This document shows positions 17,795 through 28,720 of a stretch of DNA of 41,497 bases, piece after piece. Source of the DNA: a virus; UHGV virus genome UHGV-0033333; one strand, given 5' to 3'. The notes under the pieces are model-generated. The model ran no database searches and was not told where the DNA came from. It was given only the letters and a program-made list of their open reading frames with translations. The stretch's first letter is position 1, and every line of letters begins with the position of its first letter. A program made the position numbers and the translations under genes.

Positions 17795-17958
17795 ATGTTG
17801 CCCGCATGATCTATATTGGATCCATGAAACTGGGATATACAGAAGAACAGTTATTTGAAATGACGCCAAGAAAATTCTTTATGATTTACAATGAATTTAT
17901 GGAAATGAACGGTCTTGGAAAGAAAAGAAAGAACTGTTCTATTGACGATCTTCCGTGA
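17761..17958 (+). CDS. -1 frameshift extension of the tail chaperone (gpGT-like)
   Basis: Slippery heptamer C_CCA_AAC at 17761-17767 in the zero frame. The -1 frame is open from 17761 to the TGA at 17956-17958, a 66-aa extension. Confidence 0.45.
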   Translation, partial: PKPGERAAEQLNVARMIYIGSMKLGYTEEQLFEMTPRKFFMIYNEFMEMNGLGKKRKNCSIDDLP

Positions 17959-18026
17959 TTTTTATTGCAGTTCCTTCTTTGCGGGAGTATAATCAGAATA
18001 TGAAAACAAAGAAGGAGGGCTGCAAG

Positions 18027-18284
18027 ATGATCATATGGAAAATATATTTTAGTATTATTTTGGGTATTGGCATGATAGTCGCAATTGCAGCCGGCTCCGT
18101 GGGATCAGGCGCTATAGTTGCTGCTACGGCTATATTTTATACAGTCTGGCCGGTTGGTGTATTGTGGTTTTGCTTAAAAGGCAAGATAGCCAAAAAGGAA
18201 AAAGACAAGAAAATAAGAGAAGCGTGGAAGAATGATTCTCTGGTTCAGGATATGATAAAAGAAAGAAAAATTCAAAGTAAATAA
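18027..18284 (+). CDS. 85-aa two-TM membrane protein inserted between tail chaperone and tape measure
   Basis: AAGGAGGG lies 5 nt before ATG 18027. MIIWKIYFSIILGIGMIVAIAAGSVGSGAIVAATAIFYTVWPVGVLWFCL followed by a lysine-rich tail. Confidence 0.4.
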   Translation: MIIWKIYFSIILGIGMIVAIAAGSVGSGAIVAATAIFYTVWPVGVLWFCLKGKIAKKEKDKKIREAWKNDSLVQDMIKERKIQSK

Positions 18285-18346
18285 AACATATATATAAGGT
18301 GTCCGATTCGGGCGCCTTTTTGATTGCACAAAAAAGAGGTGTTCAC

Positions 18347-21300
18347 ATGCCAGGAAAAAATGAGATTGTTGCCGGTATACGGCTTGAAGGCGAAAAAGAA
18401 TTTAAACAGGAAGTGACAGCAGTCAATAAAAGTATATCCGCAATGAAATCAGAATTAAAACTGGTGGAGGCACAGTATACCGGCAATGCAAATAGTCTGG
18501 AAGCTTTGACTGCGAAAGATAAAGCTCTAAATAAGATTCTGGAAGAACAGAAGAAAAAAGTAGAGGTTACGAAACAGGCACTGGAGAATGCAAAGGCAGG
18601 TTATTCGTCCAAAGCGGAAAGTGTAGACAAACTCAAACAGGCGCTGGAAGCACAACAGCAGAAGCAGACACAGGCAAACCAGGCATATGAACAGGCAAAA
18701 CAAAAGCTTGAGAAGATGTCGCAGGAAGAGAAAACTTCCGAAAACGCTATTGAGGACCAGAAAGAGGCTGTCAGTAAACTGAAAGAAGAACTGGACCAGC
18801 AGAATACAGCACTGGAAACAGCGAGAAAAGACCTGAATAAGGGTGAAGAAGCTTATCAGAAAATAGGAAATAAAGTCAGTGACTGGCAGACAAAATTAAA
18901 CACAGCAGAATCCCAACTGATCAAAGCCAATCAGGAAGTTCAGAAGAATGCAGCGTATTTAAAGGAAGCTTCAGAATCAGCAGATGGATACGCCTCAAGT
19001 ATTGATGGATTTGGAAAAGAAACTGAAAAAGTTGCTTCTTTTGGCGACATGCTGAAAGCTACTATTACAGGAATGTCTGTAATGGAAGTGGTAAATACAG
19101 TTGGAAATGCCGCAAAAGACGCAGTGAAATATGTCGGAGAAGTCGGATCAGAATTTGAAGCCGGCATGAGTGAAGTAGCAGCTATTTCCGGAGCAACCGG
19201 AAAACAACTTGATTCTTTATCGAATAAAGCGAAAGCACTTGGTTCTTCTACAAAATTCAGTGCGACAGAAGCAGCTTCCGCAATGACAAATATGTCTCTT
19301 GCAGGCTGGTCTGTAGAACAGACACTTTCCGGCATTGATGGTGTTATGCAGCTGGCAGCGGCATCAGGAATGGAACTTTCTGAAGCGTCACAGGTTGTGA
19401 CAGATAACATTTCAGCTTTTAACCTGAACGCTACAGATGCCATAAATATTGCAGATATGATGGCATACGCACAGGCAAACAGTTCTACTACAGCAGCAGA
19501 GCTGGGACAGGCTTATAAGAACTCAGCTGCCAATATGCACGCAGCAGGGCAGGATATTGAGACTACAACCTCTCTTCTGGAAGCACTGGCAAATAATGGC
19601 TTAAGAAGTGCGGAAGCGGGCACAGCGTTGGCTGCCATCATGCGAGACCTGACCTCAAAAATGTCAGATGGTGCGATCTTGATTGGGGATACTTCTGTGC
19701 AGGTTATGGACGCGCAGGGGAATTTCAGGGATTTTACAGATATTCTGAAAGATGTTGAAACAGCTACAGACGGAATGGGCGATGCTCAGAAACAGTCCGC
19801 TTTATTATCGACATTTACTGCTGATTCAATCAAAGGCCTGAACATGATGCTGTCAACAGGTGCTGATGAAATTGCCGGATACGAGGAAAACCTAAGAAAC
19901 TGTTCCGGTGCAGCACAGGATATGTCAGATGTGATGCAGGACAACCTGCAGGGAAAACTTACAGAATTAGGATCTGCAACAGAAGGTCTTGGCATTGCTG
20001 CCTATAATCTGGTGTCTGGTCCGCTTCAGGGAGTGGTAGAGCTTGCCACAACTGCGGTGTCCGGTCTTACAAAAATCATAAGTCCTGCAGAGCAGGCAGT
20101 TGACGAATACTATCAGGCAATCATGGACGGTGCTGAAAAAGCAAAGCAGAACATACAGTCCATATCGGAAGGATGGGAAACAGCAACAGAAGATGCTGAT
20201 CGTATTTCTACACTGGGAAAGCGCCTGGAAGAGCTTAATGGTATAGAAGATAAAACAAATGTTCAGAAACAGGAAATGTCGGCAATTGTATCCGAACTGT
20301 CACAGAATATTCCGGAACTGGCCAGCGCTTATGATGAAGAAAACGGTAAACTGAACATTACCAATACGGAACTGAGAGAACTGATCGATAATTATGAAAA
20401 GTCGGCGATCAAGCAGGCAGCTCTTGCAGCCACTCAGGAACTGGTGAACCAGAAACTGGAAGCACAGGTTCAGATTGAAAAAGCGAAAGCAGGACAGGAA
20501 ACAACAGAAGCCAGACTGAAATTACTGGAACAGGAACGTGATCTCATCAATGAGATCATGGTTGCACAGCAGAATGGTGACTATTCTAAAGATTACCAGA
20601 CAGAAGCTCTTGCGTTGTACCAAAAAGCTCTTGAAGATGGCATTATCACAATGGACGAATTTTCCGAAGCACAGGAACAGATAGGTGATTCCAAGATGGG
20701 AAACCGCCTTGCGGCTCTGAATGGAGAATTTTATGCAGGCGGTGATGCGGCAGGAATTATGAGTGCTTCGATTTCCGAACTTTCAGATAAATCTGGTGAT
20801 TACAGCAAGGTGATCGAAGAACAATCCAAGGTGACAAAAGACTGTGACAGCCAGATACAAGAATATACGGATACTGCTGAAAAGATGTATGGTGTCACTA
20901 CAGACAATACAGATGCAACCAATGAGAACACGGATGCAACAGATGGAAATACTGATGCTGTGAATGCCAACAGCACGGCGCTGGAAGGACAGGCAGAAGC
21001 GGCAGCAGATGCAGCTAAAGCGGCCTATGATGCGGCAGAACAGCAAAAAGATGCAGCACAGACAGTTGTAGATGCGTATACAAGTGCTAAAGATTCTATT
21101 CAGTCAGATTTTGAAAACAAGATCAGCCTTTCTGATATGTTTGATCAGTCAGAAGACGGTGGCATCGATCTTACGGTAGAAGAAATGACCAAAAATCTGC
21201 AATCTCAGGTAGATGCAATGAAACGTTACCGGGAAAATATGCAGACGGTCATAGAATCACTGGGAGATAAAGTTTCTCCGGAGTTTATCCAGTATATCCA

Positions 21301-24300
21301 GGACATGGGTATGGAAGGAGCAAACACTCTGGAACATATGGTGACAACTCTGGAAAAACAGGGTACGGAACCTATTGAGGAAATGGCAAAAGCCTGGTCA
21401 GATGCAATGAATGTTTCTGATGATATTGCATCTTCGGCAGCTGCAAACCAGACTGCAACGGAACAGGCAGCAGGAGAATTCGGATCCACAGCGGCAGAAT
21501 GGGAATCTGTCTGGAATGCGATTTCGGCAGCTACCAGTAACGGCGTAAAGGGGTGGAGTTCTGACTATACGGAGGAACTACAGTCTCAGGTTGCGGATAT
21601 CGTATCTGTAGCGCAGGAATGTGGGATTAAAATCCCGGATGGCCTTGCTGATGGTATTGCTTCAGGGGAAATTACTCCGATAGATGCTGTAACCAGGTTG
21701 AAGACAAATGTCCAGGGGCAGATGGAGGGTTTGGTACAGATTGCTCAGGATTCGGGTATTGAGATACCGAAAGAAATCACCAGAGGTATAGAGTCAGGTG
21801 GCAAAGATGCTGTCAGTGCATACAATTCCCTGATCCAGTTAATCTCCCAGAAAGCACCGGAATTATACAATGCAATATCAAGTACAGATAGCGCCGGCGC
21901 AATGACAGAAAGCCTGAGCCAGACAGGACAGCAGGCGGGTGAAGCAATTGCTTCCGGAATTGAATCAGAAAAAGACAATATCAGCAGCGCTGTTTCTTCT
22001 GCAATGAGTGGAACAGATGCGTCAGCGGACAATGGTGCATTTGAGTCTATGGGAGAAAATATAGGAACTTCCATAGCAAAAGGAATTGAGAGCAAAAAGT
22101 CAGAGATCAATTCAGCTCTTTCGTCAGCGATGAGCGCAGACGGAGTCCAGGCAGGGGGCGGATTTGAAGCGCTTGGCCAGCAGATCGCTTCAGGGATTGC
22201 TTCCGGAATCAGTTCACAGCAGAACACGGTTGCAAACTCAGCATCAGAGGTGACACAGAAAGCACTTGTAGCAATAGTAAAACAGGCGAGAAGTTTCCAG
22301 AGTGCAGGAAGCACAGCTGCAAGCCTGTATGCAGCAGGAATTTCTTCCGGTGCAGGAACAGCTTCAGGCACGGCAGCAAGAATGGCAGCATCAGCGCTGG
22401 CAGGGGCAAACGCATATACAGGTTCGTTTAGTTCAGTCGGGTACAACATGGCAGTAGGGGTTGCGGCAGGAATCACCAATGGTTCTTCGCTTGCGATTAA
22501 TGCGGCAGTTAGCATGGCAGCCAGGACACTGTCGGAAACAAAAAAAGCATTAAAGATCAATTCTCCTTCCAAGGTATTCAGAGATAAAGTTGGTACTTCG
22601 ATTGGTGAAGGAATGGCAGCCGGTATTGAGATGAGCCAGAAAAATGCGATAGATGCATCTGTAAATATGGCCAGGTCAGTACTGGAAGCTTCACAGAATG
22701 AACTGGATATTCATTCGCCTTCCAAAAAGTTCCGTACTGCAGTAGGGCATCAGATCGGTAAAGGTATGGCTTTTGGAATCAAAGATAAAGCTTCACTTGC
22801 TTCAAAACAGGCATCAAGAATGTCTATGAATGTTTATACCAAAGCAACAAACTGGATGAAGCAGTATAAAAAAGCCAATAAAGTTACTTTAAGTGATACC
22901 GTTTATTTCTGGCGGCAGGTGGAAAAACACACTAAGGCAGGAACGAAAGCATATAAAAAAGCTGTCAAACAGGAAATGTCTGCAGCCAGAGCCCAGCTCA
23001 CGGCAACACTTGGAAATTCAACTCTTGCATCAAAGATTGCGAATAATTTTGGGGTTTCTTCTACGAAGAAAAGTGGAAAGAAGACTGTAAAAAAGGGAAC
23101 AGAAGAATATTATTCCGAAGTCTATTCAGCTGCTGAGAAATACCTGAAAAATTATGAAACCCTCCACAATATGTCCACAGCTCAGGAGATCGCTTACTGG
23201 AATGGAGTAAAAGGACGCCTGAAAAATGGTACTCAGGCCTGGTATGATGCGACTGCAAAGATAAAGGAATTACAGGCGCAGCAGGTTCAGGAACAGAAAG
23301 AAGCACGTCAGATCCATGCAAATGTTCAGGAAAGCATTCTGGATAAATACAAAACCTATTACAAAGTATCTGCGAAGGCAGAGATGCAGTACTGGGACAA
23401 GGCAAGAAAACAGTTTGCAGTTGGAACAGACGAAAGGATCAATGCAGATAAAAAATACCTGGAAGCTCTTCAGAATTTTTATGATGAAAGAAAAAAACTG
23501 GATGAAGATTATGCAGAAAATTCCAAGAAGATAAATGACGAACTGTCAGACAACGTTAAAGAATTGCAGGATACTTATAAAGATGCTGTGAAAAGCAGAA
23601 AAGAAGATATCCTGTCACAGATGAATCTGTTTGAAGCATGGGATTCCTCGGGGTATGATGCAGATACTTTGCTGTACAATCTCAAAACGCAGGTCGCAGG
23701 ACTTACATTGTGGGAACAGCAGCTGGAAGAACTTGGAAAGAAAAATATCTCAAAAGATCTTCTGGACGAACTGAAAGAGATGGGACCAGATGCAGCGGCT
23801 TCCATATACAGCCTGAACCACATGACAGAAGAACAGCTGAAAGATTACGAAGAGCTGTGGAAACAGAAAAATGCTCTGGCGGAGTCGCAGGCAGTTAAGG
23901 ACAATGAAAATCTGAGAAATGATACCAATGAACAGATTAAAAATCTAAGACTGGACGCTCAGGCAGAATTAAATGCACTGAACGCTGAATACAGATCAGC
24001 GCTTGCGGAATTAAATACCGGAATGGAAAGTGATCTTTCGAGCCTTCTGGACAGGGCCGGAAGCATTGGAGAAGATGCAGTATCTGGTCTGATCGGCGGG
24101 ATCAGAAAAGCATCAAATTCTGTAGATGTTTATAACAGTACAACGCAGGTAGTATCGACCATATCTTCTAATCTTGGCGAATTGAAACAGGAAGGCAGTA
24201 CTATTGGAAAAGGCACTCTGGACAGCCTTCTGGCCGGGATGCTCGATTATAACAAGATTGAGACAGCGACACAAAATGTATTTCAGTCAGTACGCCAGTC

Positions 24301-24622
24301 CATGCTGAAGAATGCACAGGATGAGCTACAGGGGCAGCAGGAGAAACTGGAAACACAGCTGCAGACATTAAATTTTGCAGGAATGGCGATTATAAACGAT
24401 GCATTGAGCGGATACACACCAGGAAATACGGTCGTGAATGTAGATACAGGGAAAATGGCAGAAGCGATAGATCAGCTTGAAACCAGGTTTGCAGATCTTG
24501 TATCGATTATGTCAGATTTAAAAGTAGTTCTGGATTCAGGAGAACTGGTTGGTGCACTTCAACCGGAGATAAGCAGACAGACAGCAATGGCATCAGTGAG
24601 AACAAACAGGGGGAGATTGTAA
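18347..24622 (+). CDS. Tail tape measure protein (2091 aa)
   Basis: RBS AAAAAGAGGTG precedes ATG 18347. Coiled-coil N-terminus, Ala/Ser/Gly-rich repeats, and tandem (I/K)NSPSK(V/K)FR...IG(E/K)GMA(A/F)GI motifs at 22550-22800. Confidence 0.9.
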   Translation: MPGKNEIVAGIRLEGEKEFKQEVTAVNKSISAMKSELKLVEAQYTGNANSLEALTAKDKALNKILEEQKKKVEVTKQALENAKAGYSSKAESVDKLKQALEAQQQKQTQANQAYEQAKQKLEKMSQEEKTSENAIEDQKEAVSKLKEELDQQNTALETARKDLNKGEEAYQKIGNKVSDWQTKLNTAESQLIKANQEVQKNAAYLKEASESADGYASSIDGFGKETEKVASFGDMLKATITGMSVMEVVNTVGNAAKDAVKYVGEVGSEFEAGMSEVAAISGATGKQLDSLSNKAKALGSSTKFSATEAASAMTNMSLAGWSVEQTLSGIDGVMQLAAASGMELSEASQVVTDNISAFNLNATDAINIADMMAYAQANSSTTAAELGQAYKNSAANMHAAGQDIETTTSLLEALANNGLRSAEAGTALAAIMRDLTSKMSDGAILIGDTSVQVMDAQGNFRDFTDILKDVETATDGMGDAQKQSALLSTFTADSIKGLNMMLSTGADEIAGYEENLRNCSGAAQDMSDVMQDNLQGKLTELGSATEGLGIAAYNLVSGPLQGVVELATTAVSGLTKIISPAEQAVDEYYQAIMDGAEKAKQNIQSISEGWETATEDADRISTLGKRLEELNGIEDKTNVQKQEMSAIVSELSQNIPELASAYDEENGKLNITNTELRELIDNYEKSAIKQAALAATQELVNQKLEAQVQIEKAKAGQETTEARLKLLEQERDLINEIMVAQQNGDYSKDYQTEALALYQKALEDGIITMDEFSEAQEQIGDSKMGNRLAALNGEFYAGGDAAGIMSASISELSDKSGDYSKVIEEQSKVTKDCDSQIQEYTDTAEKMYGVTTDNTDATNENTDATDGNTDAVNANSTALEGQAEAAADAAKAAYDAAEQQKDAAQTVVDAYTSAKDSIQSDFENKISLSDMFDQSEDGGIDLTVEEMTKNLQSQVDAMKRYRENMQTVIESLGDKVSPEFIQYIQDMGMEGANTLEHMVTTLEKQGTEPIEEMAKAWSDAMNVSDDIASSAAANQTATEQAAGEFGSTAAEWESVWNAISAATSNGVKGWSSDYTEELQSQVADIVSVAQECGIKIPDGLADGIASGEITPIDAVTRLKTNVQGQMEGLVQIAQDSGIEIPKEITRGIESGGKDAVSAYNSLIQLISQKAPELYNAISSTDSAGAMTESLSQTGQQAGEAIASGIESEKDNISSAVSSAMSGTDASADNGAFESMGENIGTSIAKGIESKKSEINSALSSAMSADGVQAGGGFEALGQQIASGIASGISSQQNTVANSASEVTQKALVAIVKQARSFQSAGSTAASLYAAGISSGAGTASGTAARMAASALAGANAYTGSFSSVGYNMAVGVAAGITNGSSLAINAAVSMAARTLSETKKALKINSPSKVFRDKVGTSIGEGMAAGIEMSQKNAIDASVNMARSVLEASQNELDIHSPSKKFRTAVGHQIGKGMAFGIKDKASLASKQASRMSMNVYTKATNWMKQYKKANKVTLSDTVYFWRQVEKHTKAGTKAYKKAVKQEMSAARAQLTATLGNSTLASKIANNFGVSSTKKSGKKTVKKGTEEYYSEVYSAAEKYLKNYETLHNMSTAQEIAYWNGVKGRLKNGTQAWYDATAKIKELQAQQVQEQKEARQIHANVQESILDKYKTYYKVSAKAEMQYWDKARKQFAVGTDERINADKKYLEALQNFYDERKKLDEDYAENSKKINDELSDNVKELQDTYKDAVKSRKEDILSQMNLFEAWDSSGYDADTLLYNLKTQVAGLTLWEQQLEELGKKNISKDLLDELKEMGPDAAASIYSLNHMTEEQLKDYEELWKQKNALAESQAVKDNENLRNDTNEQIKNLRLDAQAELNALNAEYRSALAELNTGMESDLSSLLDRAGSIGEDAVSGLIGGIRKASNSVDVYNSTTQVVSTISSNLGELKQEGSTIGKGTLDSLLAGMLDYNKIETATQNVFQSVRQSMLKNAQDELQGQQEKLETQLQTLNFAGMAIINDALSGYTPGNTVVNVDTGKMAEAIDQLETRFADLVSIMSDLKVVLDSGELVGALQPEISRQTAMASVRTNRGRL

Positions 24623-25338
24623 TGAAAATAGGCGAATGGGACGTAAAAGAAGCCGGTGCACGCCAGCACAGAGTAACATTTGGGAATAATACGATCTCCA
24701 ACGCCAGTGAATGGGTAAAGGGGAGCCTGAACCCAACGTTGCTGGGAAATACTGTGGGATTAAAAACAATCAGGACAGTACTGGTAGTAAAAGGAAAAGA
24801 CAGGGAAGAAATTCTGGGCAGAAAAAGCCTGATCATCTCGAAATGTCTGGAACCGGTTATCCTGACGCTGGATAACTATCAGCATCGGTTTTATGCTGTT
24901 TTGAAGAAAACAGACACAGATGAAACATCTATGAACCGATGGCATCTGCTCACGCTGGAATGGAATTGTTATGAATTTGGAGACAGGATCACACAGATTT
25001 TTGAAGGGTGCGAAACAATGTCGGTTTACAATCCTGGAAATATGATCACTCCGGCAACTATTCATATTTGGCCGCAGATTGGGACAGCCACTTTGACGGT
25101 TGCAGGAATTTCAAGAAGTCTGGTGATGGAAGAAAACTATGAGGTTGTAGTAAAAAATACCGAAGCAGGAAAAGAAATCATACTGGACGGAGAGACGGGG
25201 CTTATTACAGAGGCAGGACAGATAAAAGCAGGAGACGTGGAAATATGGGAACTTCCGTCATTACTGCCTGGCGAGAATACCATAACTGTGAGCACGACTG
25301 TAAATGTAACAATAACATTTTTACCAAGATATATGTAA
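24622..25338 (+). CDS. Distal tail protein (Dit)
   Basis: ATGA overlap with TMP; 238 aa. Confidence 0.7.
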   Translation: MKIGEWDVKEAGARQHRVTFGNNTISNASEWVKGSLNPTLLGNTVGLKTIRTVLVVKGKDREEILGRKSLIISKCLEPVILTLDNYQHRFYAVLKKTDTDETSMNRWHLLTLEWNCYEFGDRITQIFEGCETMSVYNPGNMITPATIHIWPQIGTATLTVAGISRSLVMEENYEVVVKNTEAGKEIILDGETGLITEAGQIKAGDVEIWELPSLLPGENTITVSTTVNVTITFLPRYM

Positions 25339-25351
25339 GTGAGGTGGTAAT

Positions 25352-27622
25352 GTGCTGAGGGTATATGATAAAGACCACAAGGCGCTGGGATATATAGATG
25401 AATATAAAGATTTAAAAATAGAAAGTGTTGCCTCGACAGGGGATAAGACACTTTCTTTTACATATACAGGGAAAAAAGTTTTTGAAACAGAGTACTATGT
25501 GCAGACAGAAGATGATGAGTATGTTATCAAAGAAGAAAACCAGAGCATGGACGGATTTCCCCAGTATGTGGGAGTTCTCAACCTGGAGGAACTGGAAGGC
25601 AAACCGTGGAACTCTTTTTCAGTAAAAGATTCAACGATTGAAGAAGCAGCAAGACTTGCCCTTGCAGGAACTGGCTGGATCGTTGGAAAATGCGATGTAA
25701 AGAAAAAACGTAATGCAGGAATGCTGAAAGTGACATCGAAGGATATTATTGATAAACTGGCTACCGCTTTTTTGTGTGAAATAAAATATGATACAAGGAA
25801 TAAAACGGTATCTTTTTATAATGAGGTAGGAGAAGACAAAGGAGCCTATTTTATCAAAGGGTTGAATCTGAAAAAACTCAGTAGAAAATCAGACAGTTAT
25901 GATTATTACACTCAGATCATTCCGATCGGTGCCAATAATTTGAGCATTGAAAGCGTTAATGACGGAAAAAAATATCTTGAAAATTACCAGTATTCCACAA
26001 AAAAACGAGCCTATATCTGGAATGATGATTCTTATACAGATGCACAGGCTTTAAAAGAGGATGCAGAATTAAAACTACAGGATCTGTCGAAACCGGCTGA
26101 ATCTTATTCTGTTACAGTGGGAGATCTGGCACGGCAGAAAAAACAATACTCTATACTTGAGTATCATGTAGGAGACAAAATCTGGCTGACAGACAGCACT
26201 ACCAGAACCAGGGTGAAACAGAGAATTGTCAAGATGACAGAATATCCTCAGACACCTGAGAAAAACACCTGTGAAATCGCAAATACGGTTCTGACATTTG
26301 AAGAACTTCAGCAGAAATATAAAGAAGCAGCAGAAATTGTAAATACAGTTGTTTCAGGTGATGGACGGTATACAGGTACAATAAATGTTTCCGATATTCT
26401 GAATTTTGAAGCCGGACTTTCTGAAAGTGATGTGGTTTCAGGCATAAACAGTAATATTGACAGCCTGAACAGAAGCCTTAAAGAATTAAAACTTAAAGTA
26501 GGAACGATAGAAACCAACTATCTTACTGCAGAAGAGGCAGATATCAAATACGCTTCAATAGAGAAGATAAATGCTATTGATGCGTATATCGAAAGTATAA
26601 ATGCAAAATATGCCGAATTTCGGAATGCGACAGCTGATAGATTCAAGGCAACAGATGCTCAGATAAATAACTTATCAGTTCAGAAGGCAGATATTGATCT
26701 TGCAAATGTAAAAAATGCATGGCTTGAAAATGGAATTATTATTGATGGTTCTATCGGATCAGCAGCTATTGGTGATGGTGCAATTACCAATGCCAAGATT
26801 GCTGACGCTACGATTGAAGCGGCTAAAATTAAATCAATTAATGCAGATGATATCACAACCGGAACACTGAAAACAGGCCGTCTGATCATCACAGGTGAAG
26901 ATGGCAAGGATTCAATTGTAAAGGCTATTAATATTGCCAACGGTGTATCTGAAGCAGAAGTCAATGGTCAGAAGATACAGGCGGCATCTATTGAAGTAGC
27001 TGATTTGTCCGCATTTAAGGCTAAGATTGCCGGTTTCGATATGAATGGCAACGCAATCTATAGCGGGAAAGAATCCATTAAGGATCCAAAAAGCGGCATT
27101 TATATTTCAACCACCGGAATCGGAATGGGTGATGGATCTCTTACCGGAAAAGACGAAGCACCTATGCAGGCTTATGCTGACGGAAGCTTCAAGCTTATTG
27201 GTAAGAATTCACTGTTCGACTTTAACACCGTAACCGGCGAATTAAATATAGAAGCAGATAGTTTTAAAGTAGCATCTAAAACAGTCGCTACGTCAGACGA
27301 TGTCGAAGAACTTAGAGATGAAATCACTACATTACTACGAATAGAATCTTCAAGAGGAACCACTTTTAAGAATAATGCTATCGCCACAGTATTGTCAGTA
27401 GTCATCTATCATGGAAAACGGAGGATAGAAGACTCTAAGACTATGAAGGAGGTATTTGGCTCCGGAGCATATCTCCAGTGGTATTGGCAGAGACTTGACG
27501 ACAATTCTTATGGAGTTCTTTCTTCATCAGATTCTCGGTTTAGTGATGAAGGATTTCATTTCACAATATCTCCGACAGACGTTGATGTAAAAACAGACTT
27601 TAGATGCGAATTAATTGTATGA
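25352..27622 (+). CDS. Tail-associated lysin/Tal (prophage tail endopeptidase-type baseplate protein)
   Basis: 756 aa after Dit; N-terminus MLRVYDKDHKALGYIDEYKDLKIE typical of siphovirus Tal. Confidence 0.7.
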   Translation: MLRVYDKDHKALGYIDEYKDLKIESVASTGDKTLSFTYTGKKVFETEYYVQTEDDEYVIKEENQSMDGFPQYVGVLNLEELEGKPWNSFSVKDSTIEEAARLALAGTGWIVGKCDVKKKRNAGMLKVTSKDIIDKLATAFLCEIKYDTRNKTVSFYNEVGEDKGAYFIKGLNLKKLSRKSDSYDYYTQIIPIGANNLSIESVNDGKKYLENYQYSTKKRAYIWNDDSYTDAQALKEDAELKLQDLSKPAESYSVTVGDLARQKKQYSILEYHVGDKIWLTDSTTRTRVKQRIVKMTEYPQTPEKNTCEIANTVLTFEELQQKYKEAAEIVNTVVSGDGRYTGTINVSDILNFEAGLSESDVVSGINSNIDSLNRSLKELKLKVGTIETNYLTAEEADIKYASIEKINAIDAYIESINAKYAEFRNATADRFKATDAQINNLSVQKADIDLANVKNAWLENGIIIDGSIGSAAIGDGAITNAKIADATIEAAKIKSINADDITTGTLKTGRLIITGEDGKDSIVKAINIANGVSEAEVNGQKIQAASIEVADLSAFKAKIAGFDMNGNAIYSGKESIKDPKSGIYISTTGIGMGDGSLTGKDEAPMQAYADGSFKLIGKNSLFDFNTVTGELNIEADSFKVASKTVATSDDVEELRDEITTLLRIESSRGTTFKNNAIATVLSVVIYHGKRRIEDSKTMKEVFGSGAYLQWYWQRLDDNSYGVLSSSDSRFSDEGFHFTISPTDVDVKTDFRCELIV

Positions 27623-27635
27623 GGAGGAAATCAAA

Positions 27636-28706
27636 ATGGCAATAAAAGCAACCGATCAGATGACACTTATTGACGTAACTGACGCGTATTCAGTCATGCT
27701 CACAAGTGAAGCATATACATTTGTTGGTGGAACTGGCGGTGTTGGATCAGGACAGTCCTGTACTACAGAGGTAGTGGCGTTCTGTGGAACAAATCAGTGT
27801 AACGCATTGTCTGTAGTTACCAAGGATATAATCTGCCCAGATGGGATTACAGCATCCGTAAGTGGTAGTGGTACTTCAAAAGTTACTATTAAATTTACTA
27901 CAAATGCCACGATATCGAACGCTTGCGAAGCAACTATTCCTGTTACGGTAGACGGCATCACAGTTAATAAGAAATTCTCTTTTGCTGTAGCCAAAGCAGG
28001 AAATAATGGTACATCTGTCGGCGTGTCATCTACAGAGGTTAAATACCAGGTAGGTAACAGTGGAACAGAAGTACCACAAGGAACCTGGGAAACAAACGTG
28101 CCAGGAATGGCTAACGGTCAGTATCTGTGGACGCGAACTATTGTACGGTATTCAGATGGTAAATCTACAACGTCTTACAGCGTATCCTATAAAGGAACCA
28201 ACGGTACGAACGGTAACAACGGAACGTCTGTTACAGTAAGTAGCACCTCCGTTACATACCAGGTAGGAAATAGCGGAACAGACAAGCCTACTGGAACATG
28301 GTCAACATCAGTACCGCAGGTTGGAAACGGTCAGTATCTTTGGACAAAGACTGTTGTTAACTATTCTGATGGCAAGTCAACAGAGGCATATAGTGTGTCT
28401 TATAAAGGAACTAATGGTACGAATGGTAAAGACGGAGCTGCAGGAGCAGATGCTATAACACTGAGCATCACATCTTCAGCTGGTACTGTATTTAAAAATA
28501 ATTCAGGATCAACAATCCTTACCGCTCACGTATTTAAGGGCGGTGTTGAACAGACTGTAGCTGATAACGGATCGGTTGCTGGGATCGGGACTGTTAAATG
28601 GTATAAAGTCGGCAGTACAACCCCAATCGCTACAGGAAAAACATTAACTATAACAGCTAACGATGTAGCACATACTCAGGCTTATAATTGTCAGCTTGAG
28701 GGATAA
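27636..28706 (+). CDS. Tail fibre protein 1 with two ~64-aa tandem repeats
   Basis: The repeat V(K/T)[14 protein letters not shown]...NGQYLWT(R/K)[22 protein letters not shown] occurs twice. Confidence 0.55.
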   Translation: MAIKATDQMTLIDVTDAYSVMLTSEAYTFVGGTGGVGSGQSCTTEVVAFCGTNQCNALSVVTKDIICPDGITASVSGSGTSKVTIKFTTNATISNACEATIPVTVDGITVNKKFSFAVAKAGNNGTSVGVSSTEVKYQVGNSGTEVPQGTWETNVPGMANGQYLWTRTIVRYSDGKSTTSYSVSYKGTNGTNGNNGTSVTVSSTSVTYQVGNSGTDKPTGTWSTSVPQVGNGQYLWTKTVVNYSDGKSTEAYSVSYKGTNGTNGKDGAAGADAITLSITSSAGTVFKNNSGSTILTAHVFKGGVEQTVADNGSVAGIGTVKWYKVGSTTPIATGKTLTITANDVAHTQAYNCQLEG

Positions 28707-28720
28707 GGAGGTGTCAGGCT

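Noticed and set aside
18940-22572. Long minus-strand ORFs (167 and 275 aa, Ala/Pro/Ser-rich) inside the tape measure gene
   Set aside because: They are antisense to the repetitive Ala/Ser/Gly-rich TMP coding sequence with low-complexity translation and no RBS. Stop-poor codon composition makes them an artefact.
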